Shown: positions 1-14,587 of the stretch, one piece after another
Layout: every line of letters starts with the position of its first letter
Numbering within the stretch: the stretch's first letter is position 1
Assembly: GCF_009914755.1 (NCBI RefSeq)
Contig: NC_060933.1
DNA: 64,000 bases
Source of the DNA: the human T2T-CHM13v2.0 reference genome, Homo sapiens
Direction: 5' to 3' (one strand)
The notes under the pieces: generated by a model
The model's input: the letters and a program-made list of their open reading frames with translations, nothing else
What the model was told of the DNA's origin: nothing
Database searches by the model: none
Made by a program: the position numbers and the translations under genes

Positions 1-154
1 TTCTGTCACTACCTCCCAGCCAGATTGGGACATCCCACTCACCCGCTCCCCAGAGCTGTGTCCAGGACCCTGCTGACCCCCTCACCCACCAGGTCTCCCG
101 CCTCCCCCATTTCCCTCTCTTCACTGGGCAGGGGTTCCTTCTGTCACTTTAGGT

Positions 155-416
155 ATGTACCAGGCCTCTGCTGTCAGCCTCCTTCCGCGAGACATTCCCT
201 CCTGTCACAGCCCCTCCCCAGGGTTCTCCCACCTCCCTACCTCCTCTTCTCAGCTGGCCCCGGATCTCCTCCAGTTCCCTTTGGGTCAGGACCCGAGCTT
301 CCTTGCCATCCCCATTCTGACACTCCCTCCCAGTGACAGTCTAGTCCCACCGTACATTGTGTGGTACATTGTGTGGCCTTCTGCTCTCATCTCATTCTTG
401 GGCTGCACTCTTACAG
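155..416 (+). CDS. POLR1E: Alternative in-frame N-terminal extension of POLR1E exon 2 (MYQASAVSLL...), giving a 481-aa form
   Basis: ORF 155..601 is in frame with exon 2; 87 upstream codons + 394 shared codons = 481 aa, matching a long isoform recalled from protein databases; expression not provable from sequence. Confidence 0.5.
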
Positions 417-520
417 TCCAGTTCTCCAACGGGAAGCTACAGAGTCCAGGCAACATGCGCTTTACCTTGTATGAGAACAAAGATTCCACCAACCCCAGGA
501 AGAGGAATCAACGGATCCTG
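417..520 (+). CDS. POLR1E: POLR1E exon 2 (Pol I subunit PAF53/RPA49), VQFSNGKLQ...RNQRIL
   Basis: Acceptor ttacAG at 415-416, donor GTAAGT at 521; peptide matches recalled POLR1E; phases are consistent across all exons. Confidence 0.96.
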
Positions 521-807
521 GTAAGTGAAGCAGTTGCCAGCTGTCTCCACTCTGCAGGGCTCAGAAGGCCCCTGGGAGTGGGTGGATGTGGGAGGGAGTG
601 AGGGGAGAAAAAGGGGAGTAGTAGCAAATGGACCTTTGAAGAACTCTGATGCCCAGCAGCCTGGGATGTGGGGACAGGCTCCATCTTTCATTCATTTGTT
701 CTTTCAACAAGCATTTATGGAACCTGCCCCTCTGCATCCCTGTGCTGCAAGCTTCTAGGAAAACAGCCAAATCAGGCCTAGCCCCACTCAGAGTTCATAC
801 TCTAGAG

Positions 808-938
808 CAGGGTTTCTCAACCTCAGGACTATTGACTTTTTGGGCCAATAATTCTTTGCTGTGGGGGCAGCATCCCTAGTCTCTACTCATTAGATGCCAG
901 TAGCACCAGAGTGGATTTCCCTGGATTGAGAACCTCTG
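808..938 (+). mobile_element. MER20 (hAT-Charlie) with internal deletion
   Basis: TIRs CAGGGTTTCTCAA / TTGAGAACCTCTG; perfect 8-bp TSD CTCTAGAG (800-807, 939-946). Confidence 0.85.
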
Positions 939-1575
939 CTCTAGAGAGATGAGAACTGGCTGTGAGGGACACTTTTACACAAAGCTCTGAGGCCACGTGG
1001 GGAAGAGTACAGGGCAGAGTGAGCTCAGTGGGAGGAGAGGTCTCTGCCAGAATGCCTTCCTTGGTGAGGTCATGTTGGAGCTGAGCCTTGAAGGCTGGAA
1101 TGAGGGTTTGGCAGTCAACGTTTGGTGTTTCGAGTGAAAAGGATAGTGAGGACAAATGCAGAGAAGCAGGAAAGCTTGCTTATGATTGGGGAGTGAATCA
1201 GCCATGGTCCTGAGAGTATACAAAGAACAGGCCAAAGAGAGATTGCTTACAGAATCACTTTGTTGCATACCTTTAAGTGCCAGAAGCCCAGGGCCTCTCT
1301 CTCAAGTCTTGTGGCAGAATTCCCCCAAGAGCTTTTCATACCATTTAGAAGCTAGCACCATCTGAGGCTTCTCTTCCAGAAGTTGTCTTGCTTCCCCTGC
1401 AGGGACACCCCATATTCCCTTAGAGATAGTGGGGCTGGATCATCTGCCAGAGATGAACTAGTTCTAATCATTGTGAGTCTGGATTCAAAAGCCTCAGCAA
1501 ATGTAGAAAAGAGAAATGATGCTTAATACCTTTCAACATTGGTTGTAAATGGAGTTTCCCCTCTCTGCATTTTAG

Positions 1576-1652
1576 GCAGCTGAAACAGATAGGCTCTCCT
1601 ATGTGGGAAACAATTTTGGGACTGGAGCCCTCAAATGCAACACTTTGTGCAG
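1576..1652 (+). CDS. POLR1E: POLR1E exon 3 (AAETDRLSYVGNNFGTGALKCNTLC)
   Basis: tttAG at 1574-1575, GTAATG at 1653; 77 nt. Confidence 0.96.
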
Positions 1653-2618
1653 GTAATGGCAGGGGAAGGGACAGTGGGAAGGGTGATGGGGTTGGGAGTG
1701 GTGGCAGCACTGGCACTGCTGTTTCCTGTCTGTTTTAAGGGTAGCAGGAGCCATCTAGAGAGGTTTACTAGGTGATCCCTGTGTTCCTATTAGACCCAGA
1801 GCCCTTCCCTGCACGTGTAGACGTTGCTGGAAAGGAAAGATAACTTGAATTTCCTAAAAACCTCATTCATTTGTAATCTTGTTTATTTATAGCTGTCTTA
1901 TTCCAAAAGGCAGGTCTCTCCATTAATTTGGAATGTGTGACTAGTAGGTCAAAGCTTGCGTGAAGTTTACCTGGGAACTAACGACAGGTAAAGAACTTGG
2001 TAGTGTTGAAGGCTCTGGACTGGGAAAGAGGAGCCTGGGATTCCCATCCAGCTGTGCTGCTGATTGACTGAGTGGCTGGGTAACTCTGTGCATCACTGAC
2101 CCCCAGCCCCCCTCTCTGTACAGTGAAGATTGTCCAGCCTGAACTGTATCACTCTCGGGGGCTGGCATGATGCAGACAGGGCCCTGTGATGGTACCCAAC
2201 AATGAACTACAAACTAGGCCCTTTCTGAGCCCCGGTGGACCATACTCCGATAGAGGTCAGATTGGTGTATAGGTGCTGAGAACTATTAACCCTGCACTCT
2301 CCCCTCTCAGAGATGCCCTAGTTCCAATTGGTCTCCTCCCCGTTTACTTGATTTTGCCTCCATAAAACTGTTGTGCCATAAATTGTAGTGTAATTCTAGG
2401 TTCGTACACCCCAAAAGAGTTTTCCATTACACTACAGCAGTGAGCCCAAATGTGATCAACTATCAGAATCACCTAGTAGCTTTTTTTTTTTTCCCAGAAC
2501 CACCTCATATCCTCCCATCCCATCCTATCCTTTCCTTTTCCCTCTCTATGCAGAGAATTGCTGTGGGGTAGGGGTAGGGGAGATTATTGTTACCCATGAG
2601 TAGATGATGCATTCCTCA

Positions 2619-2996
<378 letters not shown>

Positions 2997-3024
2997 TTAT
3001 TTGTATTATTCCTTCTTTATTCAG

Positions 3025-3110
3025 GCACTTTGTGGGAATTTTGAACAAGACCTCTGGCCAAATGGAAGTATATGATGCTGAATTGTTCAACATGCAGCCA
3101 CTATTTTCAG
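3025..3110 (+). CDS. POLR1E: POLR1E exon 4 (HFVGILNKTSGQMEVYDAELFNMQPLFS)
   Basis: ttcAG at 3023-3024, GTAGGT at 3111; 86 nt. Confidence 0.96.
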
Positions 3111-3185
3111 GTAGGTCCCAGTCATGAAAGCTGACAGAAATAATGCATAGTTTGGGTTTGCTGGATGAGTTGGCTTGAGTTTTAG

Positions 3186-3611
<426 letters not shown>

Positions 3612-3805
3612 TGATAACCTAATGTACCAGGCACCAAGCTGGGGCTGTGGATGTGGCAGTAAGCAAGACAGACACAGATCCTGTCCCCATAGTGTTTAGA
3701 GACTTGAGGTCAGAGGTTCATAAAAGCAATCAGCAATGATCAGAGCAGAATATTAGAGGACATGTCTGATATAAAATCTTTTCCATAAAAGAACTTCCTT
3801 CATTC

Positions 3806-4640
<835 letters not shown>

Positions 4641-5174
4641 TGTTCTTTCTTAATTCTTAACTGTTATAGTTGGGGTAAAGAGGTTTTAGAATTTCTGGTA
4701 GACAAAGGAAATTGCTTATTAAGTTGTATAGTAACTTTCATGTTGAGGACAAGTCTCTACACTAATTTGAGGAAGATCTATTTTTTTTCCCTAATCCAGT
4801 GGAAGAATTTACATTGTTTCTCTGCTTTGTCATCTTAGAATGCTCAGGGCTAGAGTGAGATCTTCCAAAATAATAAATAAGAGGGTCACACTCAAGGGGC
4901 TTCTGTTCCTTAAATCTCAGAACTTGAATCCTTAGTGATGCCCTTAAATACTGGGAACCATGGCAGGATAGGGCGATAGACAAGAAAGAACCATTGGGAG
5001 CATTGTGAATCTGCCTGATACCTCAGAGGCATTAGTTACAGTTTTATTCTCTCAAAGCAGTGCTTCCATCCCTTTTGAGAATCTGCTAAGGACCTGGACC
5101 TACTTCTGAGAAACATATATGATACACAAATACATATATATGGGATTTTTTTTAATATGGGATTTTATACATAA

Positions 5175-5469
5175 TTTTTTTTTTTTTGAGACCCAGTCTC
5201 GCTTTGTCACCCAGGCTGGAGTGTAGTGGTGCAATCTGGGCTCACAGAAGACTCTGCCTCCCGGGTTCAAGCGATTTTCCTGCCTCAGCCTCTTGAGTAG
5301 CTGGGGTTATAGGTGTGCGCTACCACACTCGGCTAATTTTTGTATTTTTAGTAGAGATGGGGTTTCACCATGTTGGCCAGGCTGGTCTCAAACTCGTGGC
5401 CTCAAGTGATTCACCCACCTTGGTCTCTCAAAGTGCTAGTATTACAGGTGTGAGCCACCGTGCCTGGCC
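5175..5469 (-). mobile_element. Alu, full length
   Basis: Reverse Alu; degenerate TSD ATTTTA[T/C]AC[A/G]TAATTT. Confidence 0.95.
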
Positions 5470-6363
5470 AAATTTTACACGTAATTTTAAAGGTCTCTTG
5501 AGTCCGGACACCCATCTGTGAATTTCCTAGGTGTCCCCCTGCTTTGCAAACATATATAACTATATTTAAATCATCTTCCAACTGTTCTTGTAAAATCCAG
5601 GGAGGCAAGGAAAATTGTAATTTAACGTGTTGATTAAACATATTTTTGTTGTTATATGTAAGAAGTTTGTAAATATGAGTTTATTCTAGGTAGCACACAC
5701 ACAGAGATAACATTTAAGTCCTTACTATATGCTAGTCACTGTTCTAAGCATTTTCCATGCATATACCAACCTTCTGGAGTAAGTACTGTTGTTCTTTTTT
5801 TTACCAGTGATGAAACTGGCACAGAGGTTAGATGACCTTTTCAGGGGTGATGGCTGAGATAACAGGCAAGGCCACTCCAGAGCTTGTACTGTTGTGTACT
5901 AAGTTATACTGCCCTTATTTGAGTACTTTGTAGATGATTGGAGAGCATCGGTAAGTACCACATACCTCATGTTTATGCCTGCTTTTAGGTCTTTCACCAA
6001 GAAAGCAAAATTATTTTCTGGAAAGAGCCAAGGACTTGTTTTCTAATCCTGTCTCTGCCACTACCTGGTGAACTGACCTGGGGCAAGTAATTTCATCTGT
6101 GGGCCTTCTGTTTTTTAATTTCTAAAATGAAGAGGTTGGGCTGGATGACTGCTTGATTTGGCTAATTTATTTTCCAAGTTCTTTAACTGTATACTAAAGC
6201 TACATATTAAATATTCACAGTATACACTCATGTTAGGCTCAGGGAAGTCCTATAGTAAAGAAATCTATTATTCTTAGATAGACAAATGAATATTAAACAC
6301 TATTACTATTTGTAGGCCTCCCAATTGACTTTTCTTTCTCTCTGTTTTTGTGTGTTTTGATAG

Positions 6364-6422
6364 ATGTATCAGTTGAGAGTGAACTGGCTCTAGAGAGTCA
6401 GACCAAAACTTACAGAGAAAAG
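6364..6422 (+). CDS. POLR1E: POLR1E exon 5 (DVSVESELALESQTKTYREK)
   Basis: Pyrimidine tract then tAG at 6362-6363, GTGAGT at 6423; 59 nt. Confidence 0.95.
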
Positions 6423-6814
6423 GTGAGTGTGATAGAATTAAGATGTGGGACCTTAAGCAAGTTCCTTCTACACCTCGGGTTTCTCCATCAGTGAAATGAG
6501 CTTGTTGAACTCAAGGGTCTCCCTGGCTGCTCCCCGCTCATTCAGTCTGTTTCTCTGGACAATTAGTTTGTACCTACAGAAGCCTCCTTGGTCCCACAGA
6601 GAACAGTCTGGCTCCCATCTGGGGCAGCTGAACACAGCTCTGTGCCAATGTTTGGAGTCGGTTCTCTGGGCTGATACAAGTGTAGCATAATGCTTGTTTT
6701 TAGGATTTAGTCCAAGTTTTAGAATATATTGGTTGTAGCCTGAAAACATTCACGTTAAAACAAAGTAAACTTGGGGATTTTCAATGTAGAAGGTCCCTAC
6801 AAAGGTCATCTCAC

Positions 6815-7033
6815 CCCAAGATGGCAAACTGATTGAATCTTTGGTGCTGTGTGGAGCACTGTATTGAGAAGGGTTGTGAGGCTACTTTTTGGTTCAGGGG
6901 GAAGGAGTCAGTGATCTATTAGCCCTGTCTGTTATGGGTGTAAGATGGGAGAATTACCATTCTACTATTCCTGTCTGTTACGGGCATAGGATGGGAGAAT
7001 GGTAAGCCATGTGCTACAGATTTGCCAGCCCTA
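6815..7033 (+). mobile_element. MER102-like hAT-Charlie element
   Basis: Ends GATGGCAAA...TTTGCCAGCCCT; internal similarity to recalled consensus. Confidence 0.6.
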
Positions 7034-7265
7034 ATCCTAGTCAAGTCTTTATATCTTACTGATGGAGATGCCGTTGATTGATCAATCTGTTAATATCATT
7101 TGGTGCTTACAGCAGTCCTGTGAGGTAAATAGGTGCGATTCAGCCTTATTCACAGGTGAGGTAGTGATCACTCTGGGATGCTGAGAGTATCCCCATAGTG
7201 ACACAGCTAGGAGGGGCAGCACCTACCTGTCCTGTCCCTAGTAACCAGGTTTATCTCGTAAACAG

Positions 7266-7410
7266 ATGGATTCTTGTATTGAAGCCTTTGGTACCACTAA
7301 ACAGAAGCGAGCTCTGAACACCAGGAGAATGAACAGAGTTGGCAATGAATCTTTGAATCGTGCAGTGGCTAAAGCTGCAGAGACTATCATTGATACGAAG
7401 GGTGTGACTG
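7266..7410 (+). CDS. POLR1E: POLR1E exon 6 (MDSCIEAFGTTKQKRAL...TKGVT)
   Basis: acAG at 7264-7265, GTAAGA at 7411; 145 nt; ORF 7266..7448. Confidence 0.96.
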
Positions 7411-7914
7411 GTAAGAAGTTGGAACTTGGGCTAAGAGTCTGCCCATAATGACAGCTTTCTCTTCTCTTGAGATCTTTTACCCACCCACACATGGAATGCT
7501 GGGAGCTAGGGCTGGATTCCTTTCAGCCTCTTGCTGAAGGCCTTCTCACGGACAGGTTCTGGAAGTAGTAAGAAACATCCGACATGGCTTTGTCTTCTAG
7601 TGATCCACAGTCAAGTACAGGGACAGGCATGGAATGGATACATGCCTGCCGTGCTTATGGTGCTGGGGTTATGGCCTGCAGGGCACAGAGGAGGGAGAAG
7701 GCCTCAGGTCTCTCCTTGTGCGTTGCAGGGAAGCTTTGGTCAAAAAGGCTGATGTGTTGATGGAAATGAGCCTCCAGAGGTGGCATTTCACTTTGGGATC
7801 AGTGGCTCTGTTTCTGGTATTCAGCAGCTGGAGTATTTAATTGTATTATTTTAAAATGTATTTATTGTTCAAATACATTATAAGAACATAAGAGCAAGTT
7901 TGTGTAAGAGTAGC

Positions 7915-8444
<530 letters not shown>

Positions 8445-8875
8445 TGCGGAGTTATTCTTGTGGGGCAGTTACAGTGTTATATTCTGAAAGTTTTGTTCCA
8501 CCTACAATGTGTGGCAAGTTTTTCTAGAAGTTAAGCCATTAAAGGCTATTTTGGATGTCCCTCACTTTTAGTTTCTCTCATTTTATATTGTAAATGTTTA
8601 TGTATTAGCACAGCTGTCTATCCCAACTCTATTGTAAGTTACCTGAGGGGAATCTTGTCACCTCCACCTTCTCCAGTGCCTAGCTTGTGTTTGTTCATGA
8701 GTGAACATGGCAGTCGTGAAGCAGTCAGCCTGATGGGGAGGCCAGGTCACTTTGGCAGAAGCATTTAGACTTGGGGTTTCTGGACCATTGGTGGTCTGAA
8801 GTGCACAGACTGAAAAGAATGTTGGGGAACTGGAAACAAACAGGGTGATACATGGATTGTTTCTTTATTGAAAAG

Positions 8876-8983
8876 CTCTGGTCAGCGATGCTATCCACAA
8901 TGACTTGCAAGATGACTCCCTCTACCTTCCTCCCTGCTATGATGATGCAGCCAAGCCTGAAGACGTGTATAAATTTGAAGATC
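8876..8983 (+). CDS. POLR1E: POLR1E exon 7 (ALVSDAIHNDLQDDSLYLPPCYDDAAKPEDVYKFED)
   Basis: Rare AAG acceptor at 8873-8875; U12-type donor GTATCCTT at 8984; 108 nt. Confidence 0.94.
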
Positions 8984-9596
8984 GTATCCTTCTTGCAGTA
9001 GAAAAGCTGCCTTATTTCACAAGTTGAGATGTTTGCACGTGTGTGCAGTCAGGTTCTCTGAGGGTGTCTGTGTTCTGTGACATTCACAAGAGCTCCATCC
9101 AAACCTTTGCAGTTGCTCAGTGCTCTTGCCAGGAGGTTAACTTGGCTTCCTCACTAGCTGAGGGACCGGCCCCTGGGATTCAAATCCATTCCTCAGCAAA
9201 ATGCCAAATGCCCACAGCTTAGACCTGTGGGGCTCACTCTCCATGGAGAGTCAAAATAAGACTTGAACCAGCCAAATGCCCAAAGTCTAGGGCAGACCAC
9301 TTTTGTTGAAGGAAGGGTTGGAGCTTAGAATTTCACCACCCAACGGGTCCGGTCAGAAGGAAAATGCCTGCAGTGGCTTTGTGATGAGAAAAAGCAGAAA
9401 AGCCTGGGCAGGGAATGGGCTCTGGGCTGGGAGTCGGAGAACTGAGTCACCAAGCTCTGCCCCTATGTGATCTGCCCTGTGTGATCTTTGGCTCTCTGAG
9501 CCTGTTTCCCTGTCTGTGAAATGCCACTGCTATGAGATGACCTAGCTAGTTGGATGTTTCTATTTTGGTTGGATTATATTCTTGACCTGTAACTAG
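8984..9596 (+). other. POLR1E: U12-type (minor spliceosome) GT-AG intron, POLR1E intron 7
   Basis: 5' site GTATCCTT; U12-like branch sequence TTCTTGAC at 9579-9586, about 11 nt from the terminal AG; no polypyrimidine tract. Confidence 0.88.
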
Positions 9597-9693
9597 TTCT
9601 TTCCCCTGCGGAGTATGAAGCTCTTCAGAGCCCATCTGAAGCTTTCAGGAACGTCACGTCAGAAGAAATACTGAAGATGATTGAGGAGAACAG
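9597..9693 (+). CDS. POLR1E: POLR1E exon 8 (LLSPAEYEALQSPSEAFRNVTSEEILKMIEEN)
   Basis: ctAG at 9595-9596, GTACCC at 9694; 97 nt. Confidence 0.95.
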
Positions 9694-10767
9694 GTACCCT
9701 GACTTAAGCAGATGGGGATTCTGGGGAGTGCTGTTGGGACCCAACAGTAGTCAGACACTGTGCAGGTCCTCTGGGCGTCAGTCAGTGAGGAAGTGTGTCT
9801 GGAGCATTGGACATGAATGAGCCAGTGTTTTCTTGAATGTTTGGGCTTTCAGGAGCTGTGGGTCACATTCAAGGGAGAGGGCTGGTCTCTGAGTCCGTGG
9901 GACCTGCAACAGGGCAGAGGGTGGTGAGGCCTTCTACTCTGGGGCTGGGAACTAGAGCTGGCCTGTGTCACCCAGTGTCATGCTGGTGCTGATTGTCACT
10001 GGCAGGGCCCAAATGCTGGCCTGGGAATGGGTGCTGGCCAAAGTGATGGTTTCTCTGTGATGATATGGTAGGCAAACTTTTCTAACATTAAATTTATGTA
10101 TTTAAAATATTGTATATTTTAAATAATTCAGAGATTATTTCCTTCTCCCTCCCCTTTCCCATTAAAACAGCTTCTTTTATGATAGTGAGTTTTTTTTGCT
10201 TTTGAGTTTTTTCTTTTAATAATTTTATTTTGATAAAGAGTTGTCAATCTGAGGTTTGTTCCTCCAGTTTTTGTTTTAAAATTTTACTGGTCATTGAAAT
10301 CCAGTGCCTTTGAATTATTATTTCTTTTTTTTTTTTGCTTCAAAGATTTATTTCCAAAAAAGAGCTCATTACTAGTTCATAGTTGTCTTAATGTGATTGT
10401 GACTCAGGGGCAGGTGCAGGAACGAACTCTGAGCGGGGAGTCTGAAAACTGAGTCCCCGAACTCTGCCCTTATCTTCCCTTCTTGAAGCCTCAGTTTTTC
10501 TATCTGTAAAATGAGGCATCTATGAGATGATCTTGAAGAGCCTTTTTATCTCTGTGAGTCCAGGGTCTTGCTAGCAGTAGAGCAGTGCCTGAAAATAATA
10601 GTTAGCATTGACTGAGCCTTAACATTTTTGCCAAGCACTGTTCTAAGAGCTTTACTGGCATCATCTCTTAACCCAGAAAAAATGCTTAGGAGGAGAGTAC
10701 CTGTACTATCATTGGCCCCAATTTATAGATGGAGAAACCAGGGCACCAGATACCAAGAAACTTGCCC

Positions 10768-11076
10768 GGCTGGGCGCGGTGGCTCACACCTGTAATCCCA
10801 GCACTTTGGGAGACTGAGTCGGGCAGATCACCTGAGGTCGGGAGTTCAAGACCAGCGTGACCAACATGGAGAAACCTCATCTCTACTAAAAATACAAAGT
10901 TAGCTGGGCGTGGTGGCGCATGCCTGTAATCCCAGCTACTCAGGAGACTGAGGCAGGAGAATCGCTTGAACCCAGGAAGCGGAGGTTGCGGTGAGCCAAG
11001 ATTGCGCCATTGCACTCCAGCCTGGGCCACAGAGTGAGACTCAGTCTCAAACAAACAAACAAACAAACAAAAAAAG
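10768..11076 (+). mobile_element. Alu (Sp/Sq-like) inserted in a MIR
   Basis: TSD AAGAAACTTGCC; (AAAC)n tail. Confidence 0.95.
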
Positions 11077-11168
11077 AAACTTGCCTAAACCATTAAATGG
11101 CAGAGAAAGGATTGAAACCCAGGCAGGCTGACTACAGAGTCTATGCTCCTGACTATAAAAACAGAGGT

Positions 11169-11388
11169 CAGAGGTTAGCAAACTACAGCCCACATGCCAA
11201 GTCTGGCCTGCTGCCTGTGAGTAAGGAAAGTATAAATAAAGTTTTATTGGAGCACAGCCCTGTTCATTTACGTAAGTAATATCTGTGCCTGCTTTCGCAC
11301 TACGATGGCAGAGTCAAGTAGTTGCAACAGAGGTTGTATGGCCTCCAAAGCCTAAAATATTTACTGTCTAGCCCTTTATTGATCCCTG
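11169..11388 (+). mobile_element. MER58A (hAT-Charlie)
   Basis: CAGAGGTTAGCAAACTACAGCCC...AAATAAAGTTTTATTGGA...AAAGCCTAAAATATTTACT. Confidence 0.8.
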
Positions 11389-11448
11389 CACTGAACCATG
11401 TTCTCCTATTATAAGGAGTGTTGAGTGTACTGGCCCTTCATCAGCTGC

Positions 11449-11660
11449 TTTTGTTCGTTTGTTTTTTTTTGTTTCTGAGACAGGGTCTTGCTCTGTCACC
11501 TAGGCTGGAGTACAGTGGCACAGACAGCTCACTGGAGCCTCGACCTCCTGGGCTCAAGTGATCCTCCCGCCTCAGCCTTCCGAGTAGCTGGGACCACACA
11601 CATGTGCCACCATGCCGGCTACGTTTTTGTAGAGATGGGGTCTTGCCTTGTTGCCCAGGG
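11449..11660 (-). mobile_element. 5'-truncated AluJ
   Basis: TSD TTCATCAGCTG. Confidence 0.9.
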
Positions 11661-11784
11661 TTTCATCAGCTGTTGAGTGCGTCGGGGTGAGAGGCGCCTG
11701 CTGTTCTCGTTGTAAGAGGGAAGTAGTTCCTGACAGAGCCCATCTTACCCTGACACAGGCCTCCTTTTCTTTTCCTTGTTTTAG

Positions 11785-11918
11785 CCATTGCACCTTTGTC
11801 ATAGAAGCGTTGAAGTCTTTGCCATCAGATGTGGAGAGCCGAGACCGCCAGGCCCGATGCATATGGTTTCTGGATACCCTCATCAAATTTCGAGCTCATA
11901 GGGTAGTTAAGCGGAAAA
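11785..11918 (+). CDS. POLR1E: POLR1E exon 9 (HCTFVIEALKSL...RVVKRK)
   Basis: Long pyrimidine tract then AG at 11783-11784, GTAAGT at 11919; 134 nt. Confidence 0.96.
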
Positions 11919-12270
11919 GTAAGTCTATGATAAACATTTTATTCTAATTGTTTCCAGTATATTATTTGTCTGTAATTCTTAGATGAGTTCTAATGAGAGA
12001 AGAAAATGGATATGTCTGTCCAAGTCTTTATTGTCAACTGTGAGATTCATTCTGGTACTGCTGACATGTCGAGGGGACTTGCCAGGCCCCTTTTTCTCTC
12101 TGGATCTCCCATTTTCTCATCTGAAAATTGGGGCCACGTTGGATTATATGATAGTTCAGGGTCCTTCCAGAGCTAACGTTTGCTACTTCTATTCTGCATG
12201 AGGCAAAGTAGAATATCCAGGTCAAATAAAAGGAAAACTTTAAGGGACTGTTAGAACAAACATCAGCCAC

Positions 12271-12304
12271 GTGTGTGTGCGTGTGTGTGTATATATAGAG
12301 AGAG
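12271..12304. repeat. Compound (GT)n(AT)n(AG)n microsatellite
   Basis: gtgtgtgtgcgtgtgtgtgtatatatagagagag. Confidence 0.85.
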
Positions 12305-12554
12305 CTTATGAGTTACACAGATGTATCTTGAAGGCTTGTGGCAGGTTTGTGTTGTGTCAGCTTATTTCTAACAGGAGAGAGTCAATCTGATGGTAACCCA
12401 GTGTCACCTGTAGCTAGGACCCTTTGTGGGTCACACCCGCATACCTACCCAGAGTTGGAAACCCAGAAGATGTCTGTGGTTTTAGGCACAAGGTGTATTT
12501 AGTTGTTGTTACTGTGATTGGGCATCCAGTAGTCTATACTCCTGTTTTTCAGTA

Positions 12555-14199
<1,645 letters not shown>

Positions 14200-14505
14200 T
14201 GAGCTTTCAGCACAATTTTTGTTTTCTAAGGTCATGTTAACTCTGGGTCCTTAGGCCTCAGGCTGTGTTTTCTTGTCACTGCCCCATCACCAGCATCTCT
14301 CGTGCAGGGCAAACTGCAGGCTGCAGCACACCAAGCATGTTTTCATTTTGATGTGGCTGTTCTGCTTTGTGTGGGCCCTGCTTCTCTTACCACCTGGTTC
14401 TGGTCATTGCAGTGGCCCAGCTGTTGGCCTTTTCTCTTAGCTCATGGTTGAGGTGTGGCCTGAGGGTTTTGAGAGAAAATGATCAAACTCAACTTTGTGT
14501 TGTAG

Positions 14506-14587
14506 GTGCTCTGGGACCTGGAGTTCCCCACATCATCAACACCAAACTGCTGAAGCACTTTACCTGCTTGACCTACAACAATGGCAG
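14506..14587 (+). CDS. POLR1E: POLR1E exon 10 (ALGPGVPHIINTKLLKHFTCLTYNNG)
   Basis: tgtAG at 14504-14505, GTCAGG at 14588; 82 nt. Confidence 0.95.
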
